This document shows, piece after piece, positions 18,034-24,923 of a stretch of 24,923 nucleotides of DNA; position 1 is the stretch's first letter; every line of letters begins with the position of its first letter. The position numbers were made by a program, and so were the translations under genes. The DNA comes from a virus (lineage: Duplodnaviria > Caudoviricetes). The DNA lies in IMG/VR virus record IMGVR_UViG_3300025628_000013, positions 1-24,923 of that record. The stretch is one strand, 5' to 3'. The notes under the pieces were generated by a model, which saw only the letters and a list, made by a program, of their open reading frames with translations, had not been told where the DNA came from and did not search any database.

Positions 18034-19343
18034 GCTGCAGCACCCCCTTCAACTACGACCAACGGCTCCGGCTCGTCTTCATCCTCCGGGACCACGTTCC
18101 GAGGTTCCAGTCCGGCATCGTTCTCGTTCTCGATCCGCTCCATCTCTTCCGGCGGGTCAACCTCCGGTACGTGAGACAGGAACGTTTCAAGAGATATAGC
18201 ACCTGCAACCAGCATCGGCAACCAGACCTCTCCGAGTTCCTTCATCTTCGCATCGCTGGTCTCAGTGATCTGAATGGCGATCCGCTCCGGGATGAGACCG
18301 GCCTGTTTCAGGTTCGCCATTCGCATTGCCTTGTGCACCAGTTCCTCGTAAAACCCGTGCCAGACGTGGCGGTCCTTCCCGATGGTGGTCTGTGACATCT
18401 CCATAACAGAGTCAGCGGTGGATCTGTTTGACATAAGGTTCGGGAAGCCGAGAAGGTGGACTGGAACGTCTGTTGATCCGGAGATGATCTGGACGTTGTT
18501 GACCAGTTCCTCCTTGATTGACTCGACCGCTCCGGCAGGCATCGTAACGAGTTCAAATCCGGTCGTGGACGCGATAGTCTGCCCCAGCTGCCACTTCATA
18601 CCCGCAAGGTCTGCGAGTATTCGTTTGACCTCTGCTTCATTTTCGCAATGGAAGAACGGTGTAGGTGAGCCGTAGAGGTGATTGATGACCCTCCAATCCT
18701 GCAAGGCTCTCCCTACGTTCTCAATGTTCTGCACGACCGCTCCGATCCTCGGAGGCGTGATATTGGGGTTGTCAGACCGTCCACCGAACCGTCCATACGC
18801 AAACTCTGCCGGCGGGATCATAACGGGGTTCTGACCGTCAGCATCTTTCCACGTCGCCTTGGTGTATATCCCGTAATCATCGGGGTCAGTGTGAATCTTA
18901 TACTTCCGTGACGTGTAGCTGACGAACCGGGCACGTACCGTACCGTCATCGTTCGGCAGGAGACGTGCAAGACACTTCCCCTCGATGTTCGATTCCTCTG
19001 CCCACTGCTGCGGAACCTCTTCGTCCAGCGCGTTCATGTTCAGGAAATTATGAACCCAGTCGAGTTCACGCGCCGCCATCTCCGGGGTCACGTCCGGTGC
19101 CAGCGTCACCTTGATACCTTGACCGATAGCAAGCACTGACCGGACGGCAACGATATTCCGCATGAGCGGAGAACCGTATGCAGATGTCCCGTTGAACATG
19201 GCGTTGATCGCGGCGACCTGCTGGTCATACGTGAGGATTGGGCTTGAGGATAGTGTAGAGGATTCCTGCGCTCCTGGACCGACCAGCGGGTCCGTTGCCA
19301 TGTGCATGACGTTCCCGAACAACGTCCTCAGATTGAACTTCAT
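18030..19343 (-). CDS. Portal protein
   Basis: 437 aa directly after TerL; ISGSTDVPVHLLG...SNRSTA and GAISLETF motifs typical of portals. Confidence 0.85.
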   Translation of the reverse strand: MKFNLRTLFGNVMHMATDPLVGPGAQESSTLSSSPILTYDQQVAAINAMFNGTSAYGSPLMRNIVAVRSVLAIGQGIKVTLAPDVTPEMAARELDWVHNFLNMNALDEEVPQQWAEESNIEGKCLARLLPNDDGTVRARFVSYTSRKYKIHTDPDDYGIYTKATWKDADGQNPVMIPPAEFAYGRFGGRSDNPNITPPRIGAVVQNIENVGRALQDWRVINHLYGSPTPFFHCENEAEVKRILADLAGMKWQLGQTIASTTGFELVTMPAGAVESIKEELVNNVQIISGSTDVPVHLLGFPNLMSNRSTADSVMEMSQTTIGKDRHVWHGFYEELVHKAMRMANLKQAGLIPERIAIQITETSDAKMKELGEVWLPMLVAGAISLETFLSHVPEVDPPEEMERIENENDAGLEPRNVVPEDEDEPEPLVVVEGGAAA

Positions 19344-19346
19344 GCT

Positions 19347-20690
19347 CTATCTCCCCGGAATTGCGCTGTATGAGAGACCACCTGCGCGTCCCTCGTTCTG
19401 TGACGAGAGGAACCGGACCGCGCCACTGACAGCATCGACCTGATCGTCGTGCACACCCTCTGACGGGAACGCCGTGGCCTCACCGATGTATGCTGTATTC
19501 CAGTGCCCTCTGACAATGTGGACGTTGCCCTGTTCGGCAGCGGATGCGACAATCGCCGCACGTTCGACCTTGGAACCGGACGGCCTGTCACCACGAAAAT
19601 CATATCCAATGAGAACCCTTCTGGCGTATGTGTCGATCATGTCCTTGCCACCAGCACCGCCTTCGTGTTCCATCCTGATCGGAACCTCCACGCCGTCCAT
19701 TTCTGCGGTGGCACGAATCCGTATCTCATTCTCACGCGGTGACTCACGGAATCGCTGTATGTCAGAAACGTAGTATATCCCTTCCGCTTCAGCAACCAAC
19801 GCACCACATGTGTAGTCGGGGTCTTTGCCAGCCTTCGCTTCAGTCGCGGCACGATCCCAGAACCGCACCCACTTCGCGCGCTTCGGTCGTTCCGTCGTGA
19901 ATACAAACCACCCCAACTTGAACATGGTCCCGGCGGGACGGATCGACCAGTCACCGTTCAGGAGTTGTTCGCGTGTTACCGGGTCGAGGGTCATGAGGGT
20001 CTCGCGGTAGCTGTCGCGGTCCAGGTAGGGGTTGTCATCTAGGCTGGCAGCGTGGAATGGTCTGACGGTGCTCATGGGTGCATTTGTGCCGTATTCACCG
20101 AGACCGAACCGACGTGCTACCCAGTCATGGCCAACGCCGCCGGGATTAGAGGAGGAACGGACTCTGAGCGGTACGTCACTGTCTTGTAGCCTACGGAGAC
20201 GTGAGAACATATATGTATACTGCTCTTCCCGCAGCTGGGTGAGTTCGTCGAAGCAGATTGTCTGGAGTTCGGCACCCTGATAGCGGAAGTGGTCGCGTGG
20301 TCCGTCCAGGTATCCGAACGAGAGTGTCGCACCGGATGGGAATGTCCACCGCTTATCGGTGTCACTCCAGTGTGCGGATGTCGGTCCCAGCCACTCGTGC
20401 GCTCTGTCCATCATGGCACCAGGTAAGGCAAGGTCGCGGTATGTGCGTCGGAAGATCATCGCGGCGTGTCCGGGTACGTCGATATACTGCAAGGCGATCA
20501 TCAGGAGTGCTTCAGACTTCCCGCCACCAGCAGCACCACCGTACAGGGATTCACGTTCCGGTTCGAGCAGAAAGTCAAGCTGCTTCGGGGTCGGGTTGCT
20601 CCTGATCCACCCCTGTCTCATCGACTTCGCTACTGATGCCGCGTTCTGTTCCGCCGTATCGACTGGCGATCCTCTTGAGTGACTCCTCAT
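19347..20690 (-). CDS. terL: Terminase large subunit
   Basis: PTPKQ, Walker A YGGAAGGGKS, Walker B ICFDE, SSNPGG, nuclease motifs FWDRA, DYT and HDDQVDA. Start could be 20690 or 20621. Confidence 0.96.
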   Translation of the reverse strand: MRSHSRGSPVDTAEQNAASVAKSMRQGWIRSNPTPKQLDFLLEPERESLYGGAAGGGKSEALLMIALQYIDVPGHAAMIFRRTYRDLALPGAMMDRAHEWLGPTSAHWSDTDKRWTFPSGATLSFGYLDGPRDHFRYQGAELQTICFDELTQLREEQYTYMFSRLRRLQDSDVPLRVRSSSNPGGVGHDWVARRFGLGEYGTNAPMSTVRPFHAASLDDNPYLDRDSYRETLMTLDPVTREQLLNGDWSIRPAGTMFKLGWFVFTTERPKRAKWVRFWDRAATEAKAGKDPDYTCGALVAEAEGIYYVSDIQRFRESPRENEIRIRATAEMDGVEVPIRMEHEGGAGGKDMIDTYARRVLIGYDFRGDRPSGSKVERAAIVASAAEQGNVHIVRGHWNTAYIGEATAFPSEGVHDDQVDAVSGAVRFLSSQNEGRAGGLSYSAIPGR

Positions 20691-21075
20691 GTTTCACCAG
20701 CATTTCATCCGTGAGTTCGCGGGTCTGCGTCTGGATTGGTCCACCGTCGGGTCCGCTCAGTTCGAGGTCTTGCTTATCCTTCTGGCCGAGCCACTGTTTC
20801 CCCAACCAGATCAGCATTGCGGAGTTCCCTTTGAGTGCCGCCTTGAACTGAGCGCGCCGGAGTGAGTTATTGCCACCTTCACGAGCTTCTTTTATAGCTA
20901 CGCCAAAATGCCTACGGAGCGTAGTCTGTGACTGTCCAGTCACGATGGATATTTCCTCCACCGAGCATTGGATCATGGCAAGACTTCGTATCTCCTTTTC
21001 TAGACCTGGCGAAAACTCGATACGTGGACGACCTCCGCGCTTCGTCTTGTCCTTTTCAGGTTCCTTCAATGTCAT
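20575..21075 (-). CDS. terS: Terminase small subunit
   Basis: GGRPR, HTH-like segment, SLRRAQFKAALKGNSAMLIWLGKQWLGQKD and ELSGPDGGPIQ; overlaps terL. Confidence 0.88.
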   Translation of the reverse strand: MTLKEPEKDKTKRGGRPRIEFSPGLEKEIRSLAMIQCSVEEISIVTGQSQTTLRRHFGVAIKEAREGGNNSLRRAQFKAALKGNSAMLIWLGKQWLGQKDKQDLELSGPDGGPIQTQTRELTDEMLVKHEESLKRIASRYGGTERGISSEVDETGVDQEQPDPEAA

Positions 21076-21803
21076 ACTTCATCACTCATTAATTTTTCGA
21101 GTTCGTTTTCTGACCGTGCGAGGATGCTACCTATGCTATCGCCATCATCCTCGACATCTGTATCTCCATCCTCGCCTATATCCATCGACATCCCGAATGA
21201 TGCATCCACATCACTCGTAGACCGCAGGACTCCACTCTGCTGGGATGAACATACGTCGTTCACATGCTCCGAATAAAACGCATATATAGCAGGGTCGGTG
21301 TCAATGTCAAACTGCTCAAACCGCGTATTCCGATTGAGGTTCATAGACCCACGGCAGACTATCGACCATTCATCGCTGTGGATCATCGCGAACTTTGCAT
21401 GTGTCCTCGTGCACCATATACGCTCACTCCCGAACGCATCTATCATACCTTCGATATAATCAGGATGACGGGCCAGCAATGAGCGATCGGTCAAGAAACG
21501 GAAATCCTCGATCTTGCCGATTTCTCTCATATACCTTACGGTTTCTACGTCTCGCATCCCAGTTGTCCATGTTGAGATAACCACATCCGCTGGACCAGTA
21601 ATCCTCAGTATCGCCACGACCAAGTCGAGCATCGAGAACTGCCCCTTTGTCAGCCCAATAATCCGCGACCCTGACTCTAATCCGAATACAGCAGCACGCG
21701 CATCGGCATGTGGTAAGAATCTGGTCGTCGCAGGAGGGCTGCCTGTTTTTATCGAAACTCTTGTCCTGTTTAGTCCAATCTTCGGTGCCTTCTTCGCTGT
21801 CAT
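21072..21803 (-). CDS. Phospholipase D-fold (single HKD-like motif) protein, putative nuclease/phosphotransferase
   Basis: HAKFAMIH...GSMNLNRNTRFEQ. Likely start MTAKKAPK at 21803 (ATGA overlap with GT2); stop overlaps the terS ATG. Confidence 0.75.
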   Translation of the reverse strand: MTAKKAPKIGLNRTRVSIKTGSPPATTRFLPHADARAAVFGLESGSRIIGLTKGQFSMLDLVVAILRITGPADVVISTWTTGMRDVETVRYMREIGKIEDFRFLTDRSLLARHPDYIEGMIDAFGSERIWCTRTHAKFAMIHSDEWSIVCRGSMNLNRNTRFEQFDIDTDPAIYAFYSEHVNDVCSSQQSGVLRSTSDVDASFGMSMDIGEDGDTDVEDDGDSIGSILARSENELEKLMSDEV

Positions 21804-22645
21804 CGTGCCTTTCTGTGCTGTTCGTGGATGATCCTTGGATATGCAGCAGGCCCGTTGATCGCGTGATACATCTTGTCTGGACTCTGCGCGTCTACCCGAC
21901 AGCATGACGGTGCATACATCACGGTGAAGAAGCACGAGGTATACATGCCACGTGATTCGTATACGTCATGCAGGCCGCCCTCGTTCTGGTGCAGTGCTTC
22001 CTTACAGACATACTGAGCCATCGTCACCGAGAGCATAGTGTTCCCACGCGACTGCTCGTGTATGTGGGTAATATAATCCTCCATCATCCCCCGGAACTGA
22101 TACGGACGTTCTACATCGCACACGTACACACTGAGTGCCTTCCGGTTCGCCCCAATCTCAGTCTTGCCCGCACCGCCCCCGGCGTGGTCTCCAGAGTGTG
22201 ATATTGATATACATCTGAGTGGAGCCTCCGAGAGGTATTCGACCAGCGACGCGAAGAGTAGATCAAGCGACTTAATCCTCGTGACTCCATACGTCCGGTC
22301 CTCCCGAAACCGGTAGTACCACATTGAGTAGTCGTCATCCAGCATGATGAAATAGCGATAACCTGCATCTTTCACCGCCCGGAAAGAGAAGTTCCGGGCA
22401 TAGACAGCGGAGGTACGATCACCCCAGTTATGACCATCATCCGTCTGTGTGGCGGCATCCTCCTTTGAAAAGACTACCACGTCATCCCCGAACTGCTCTA
22501 TGTATTCAGGCAGGGTTGGGTCTTCGTCATCGACCACGTAGATGATACGACCCGTATATCCTTGCCTGCGAAGAGACTTCGTCGTCAACTGGGCGTGGGG
22601 TCGCTTATGCGTCGGGATTAGTACGCAGGTATCCAGCCTCATCAT
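21800..22645 (-). CDS. GT-A glycosyltransferase, TAGT/GREB1-like, copy 2
   Basis: VLIPTHKRP, YARN, YFIMLDDDY, FRGMMEDY and NEGGLHDVY; ATGA overlap with GT1. Confidence 0.8.
   Translation of the reverse strand: MMRLDTCVLIPTHKRPHAQLTTKSLRRQGYTGRIIYVVDDEDPTLPEYIEQFGDDVVVFSKEDAATQTDDGHNWGDRTSAVYARNFSFRAVKDAGYRYFIMLDDDYSMWYYRFREDRTYGVTRIKSLDLLFASLVEYLSEAPLRCISISHSGDHAGGGAGKTEIGANRKALSVYVCDVERPYQFRGMMEDYITHIHEQSRGNTMLSVTMAQYVCKEALHQNEGGLHDVYESRGMYTSCFFTVMYAPSCCRVDAQSPDKMYHAINGPAAYPRIIHEQHRKAR
22462..22591. repeat. 130-bp direct repeat, copy in GT2
   Basis: Matches 23346..23475 with 2 mismatches (cca vs gcg) by manual comparison. Confidence 0.95.
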
Positions 22646-23526
22646 GATTCCTTTCGCCATTTGTCAGATATGATATTCGGGTGCGCGTGGTCTCCGAGGA
22701 TTATGTGGTGGATACGTGAATCGCCTTCGTGCCCGTCCTTGAAGTCTCGGATCATCGACACCTTACAACACGACGGTGCATACATCACGGTGAAGAACGT
22801 TTTCACGTAGGTTCCCCACTTCTTGTATTGCTCGGAGGTTCCCCCTTCAATCACCTGCGTTGGCTTCTGGAGAACCTGTGACATCATAAGCGTCAGGAAT
22901 GAGACCCCAATCCTCGACTCATGCGAATACGCGGTTACGTCCTCATTGAACTTGCCCCGGAACTGGTAAGGTCTATCCACGTCACATACGTAGACCTGCA
23001 TTGCCTTCCGTATCCCTGTGATCGAACTTTTGTTACTTTTTTTGTTTCGTTCCCCACCGCCTCCGATGTAGTCTCCACCTTGAGACATTGAGATACAGTA
23101 GAACGGAGTTTCCGAGAGGTATTCGACCATGGCTGTGAATTGCAGGTCGAGCGACGCGATGTTCACATTCCCATACGTTCCGTTACTGAGGAACCGGTAG
23201 TACCACCAGAAATAGTCGTCATCGAGCGCGATGAAATACTGATACCCGGCCTCTCGGGCTATGTCCCACAGCATGTTCCGAGCGTAGACGACGGAGGCGC
23301 GATCCGCCCAGTTGTGCCCGTCGTCGGTTCGGGCTATCGCCTCAGCCTTTGAAAAGACTACCACGTCATCCCCGAACTGCTCTATGTATTCAGGCAGGGT
23401 TGGGTCTTCGTCATCGAGCGCGTAGATGATACGACCCGTATATCCTTGCCTGCGAAGAGACTTCGTCGTCAACTGATTATCCGGCCTCCCGTGCGTGACG
23501 ATCAACACGCAGGTGTCAGACCTCAT
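22642..23526 (-). CDS. GT-A glycosyltransferase, TAGT/GREB1-like, copy 1
   Basis: LIVTHGRP, YARN, YFIALDDDY, SQGGDYIGG, RKAM, FRGKFNED, GTYVKTFFTVMYAPSC and RIHH; SD GGAGGAAAAGG before ATG 23526. Confidence 0.85.
   Translation of the reverse strand: MRSDTCVLIVTHGRPDNQLTTKSLRRQGYTGRIIYALDDEDPTLPEYIEQFGDDVVVFSKAEAIARTDDGHNWADRASVVYARNMLWDIAREAGYQYFIALDDDYFWWYYRFLSNGTYGNVNIASLDLQFTAMVEYLSETPFYCISMSQGGDYIGGGGERNKKSNKSSITGIRKAMQVYVCDVDRPYQFRGKFNEDVTAYSHESRIGVSFLTLMMSQVLQKPTQVIEGGTSEQYKKWGTYVKTFFTVMYAPSCCKVSMIRDFKDGHEGDSRIHHIILGDHAHPNIISDKWRKES
23346..23475. repeat. 130-bp direct repeat, copy in GT1
   Basis: Matches 22462..22591 with 2 mismatches. Confidence 0.95.
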
Positions 23527-24385
23527 CCTTTTCCTCCGCAGCCGCCCGCTCACTCATCCCGGCGTATTCCAGCATCTTCTCACTGAGTCTTACGAACCCG
23601 CCCTCGATGGCCTTCTCAAAGTCAATAATGATGAGTGCTGACTTCTCCATAAGGGATTGCGTTGGCGCATCCGCGTGTGCGTAGTACTCCGCGATGTTCC
23701 GGAAATTGAATACTGTGTGGCGGTCAGCGGCGGCATTCAGGAACGTTCGGACCTCATCTGGTAGTTCTACAGCCTCAATCTCCTTACGAAGCGTAGCGGC
23801 CTTGGTCCCGTCGTAGAGGTCAGATACAGGAGGTTCGTCTCCGTTGATTTCGTAGATCGGTGCCTTGATCTTCCGGCTGTAGTTGGCTTCCTGCTCTTCC
23901 GGGTCGAGCTCCTCCGGGTCTCCAAACAATCCTTCATCCTCTGCCACCTGAGCGAGCAATGCCTGTAGGTCCGGGTCATCTGTCCTGATATCCTCCATGA
24001 GCGAGTTCAGTATATCCTTGTCCCCTTCGGCCATCCCGGTAATTACGTCGAACACACCCAGCGCAAGTGCCTCCTTGTGGATCGGAAGGTCCACGGTGAT
24101 ATACGGGATCATCGAGTCTTGCCCAGCCTCCATAGCTTGTGCCAGCCTCTCATGACCGTCGATCAGGTTTCCGGTCCGGATATTCACGATCACAGGCGAG
24201 ATCCACCCCAGCTCGCGGAGCGATCCACGGACAGCGTCCTTCTGCGCCTCCGGGTGCCTTCGCCAGTTCTTCGGGTTGCCCTTGAACTCGGATGCACGTT
24301 TCTCGCCGTATTCGATGATCGCGATCTCTGGACCGGTGTTCTCCGGTGCCGTCTGTTCGGGTTTCGGTGCCTTCGCCTTTGGCAT
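23516..24385 (-). CDS. ParB/Srx-like N-terminal domain protein with an additional helical C-terminal domain
   Basis: NPKNWRRHP, SLRELGWISPVIVN and LIDGHERLA; acidic linker; C-domain YSRKIKAPIYE...AAADRHTVFNF...SALIIIDF. Start 24385 with GGAGGAACT SD. Confidence 0.85.
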   Translation of the reverse strand: MPKAKAPKPEQTAPENTGPEIAIIEYGEKRASEFKGNPKNWRRHPEAQKDAVRGSLRELGWISPVIVNIRTGNLIDGHERLAQAMEAGQDSMIPYITVDLPIHKEALALGVFDVITGMAEGDKDILNSLMEDIRTDDPDLQALLAQVAEDEGLFGDPEELDPEEQEANYSRKIKAPIYEINGDEPPVSDLYDGTKAATLRKEIEAVELPDEVRTFLNAAADRHTVFNFRNIAEYYAHADAPTQSLMEKSALIIIDFEKAIEGGFVRLSEKMLEYAGMSERAAAEEKDEV

Positions 24386-24421
24386 AGTTCCTCCGTTGTG
24401 TGGCTTTCTGGATTCCACCCG

Positions 24422-24474
24422 AATATACGAACGGATCAGGCCACGTTGCATAGTCTCTATAGATCGGGTAGATT
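24422..24474. promoter_or_regulatory. Candidate overlapping divergent sigma70-type promoters
   Basis: + strand: TTGCAT(24446-24451)-17 bp-TAGATT(24469-24474). - strand: ATGCAA(24451-24446)-18 bp-TATATT(24427-24422). Confidence 0.4.
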
Positions 24475-24508
24475 CAACGGGTGACCACATCACATATCGG
24501 AGGCCAGC

Positions 24509-24805
24509 ATGATACCCCTGTCAATCAAGCTATCCCGTGACGATGCTCTGGATTCCATCATCATCCGTATCACTGATTCCGAAGCTTCAGGCATGAAGTA
24601 TCACGCCGTCGCGGAGTGGGAAGATGGGATCAACCCCGGAGGCTCACGCGAAATGAAGACGTATGCGGATGTCGCCACGTTCGTGAACGGGTTCCTAGTC
24701 GGCTCCGGGATCGACCCCCTGAAGGGAACGACGTGCAAGCCGTGGATTGAGACAGATACCGAGTCTGTCCGTATCTCCCGGAGAGGTGTGACCGTCTCGC
24801 CCTGA
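24509..24805 (+). CDS. Hypothetical protein (98 aa), divergent from the late operon
   Basis: GGAGG SD 6 nt before the ATG; no family recognised. Confidence 0.7.
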   Translation: MIPLSIKLSRDDALDSIIIRITDSEASGMKYHAVAEWEDGINPGGSREMKTYADVATFVNGFLVGSGIDPLKGTTCKPWIETDTESVRISRRGVTVSP

Positions 24806-24825
24806 ACCCAGTTCCTTCCCTTCCT

Positions 24826-24923
24826 GTATTTGAAAATAAATCGAAAATACTTCACTTTTCTTCTTTCAACCCCTGTTTTCTTGGCTGGAATATAGTATAT
24901 TCTGTATAAGAGATCAGGGGATA
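24826..24923 (+). promoter_or_regulatory. AT-rich promoter-like region
   Basis: A/T tracts followed by several -10-like hexamers (TATAGT, TATATT, TATAAG) and AGGGG at the window edge. Confidence 0.35.

Noticed and set aside
17849-18052. 67-aa track ORF
   Set aside because: Its TTG start lies inside the portal gene; the SD and ATGA overlaps favour two smaller ORFs.
19340-19609. 89-aa minus-strand ORF inside the terL 3' end, and similar alternate-frame ORFs
   Set aside because: Fully overlaps conserved terL nuclease motifs and has no independent support.
22462-23475. Direct repeat as a DGR template/variable pair or att site
   Set aside because: Mismatches are few and not an adenine-specific pattern, both copies are coding at equivalent positions, and there is no reverse transcriptase or integrase in the window.
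24601-24855. 84-aa minus-strand ORF
   Set aside because: Antisense to the SD-supported + strand gene and starts in the AT-rich intergenic tract.
1-24923. CRISPR array, tRNA/rRNA, intron/intein, stop-codon reassignment, tail sheath
   Set aside because: No repeat-spacer pattern or RNA gene was recognised by eye. TerL, portal and MCP are of normal length, genes end at TAA, TAG and TGA and tile well in the standard code, and no sheath or baseplate wedge genes are present.

Overview
This window is the late (packaging and morphogenesis) region of a tailed dsDNA phage with a lambda-like non-contractile tail. It is encoded almost entirely on the minus strand as one tightly coupled gene run. In transcription order (right to left): ParB-like protein, two paralogous TAGT/GREB1-like glycosyltransferases, single-HKD PLD-fold protein, TerS, TerL, portal, two unannotated Trp-rich micro-ORFs, prohead protease with nested scaffold, DUF2190-like decoration protein, major capsid, holin-like protein, head-tail adaptor, MuF-like minor head protein, head closure, neck protein, tail terminator fused to PKD/BspA/LamG-like domains, small hypothetical, two paralogous tail tube genes, tail chaperone with a -1 frameshift, tape measure, gpM, gpL, NlpC/P60 gpK, and a >1760-aa gpI/gpJ tail-tip protein that runs off the left edge and is absent from the ORF track. 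One small gene diverges on the + strand at the right end. The most notable items are the ParB-GT-GT-PLD cassette coupled to terminase (candidate packaging-linked DNA or virion glycosylation system), accessory domains grafted onto several core virion proteins, and a recurring [IV][MQ]H[MFY][AL] candidate maturation-cleavage motif. All family assignments come from reading motifs and synteny by eye; no database search was run.
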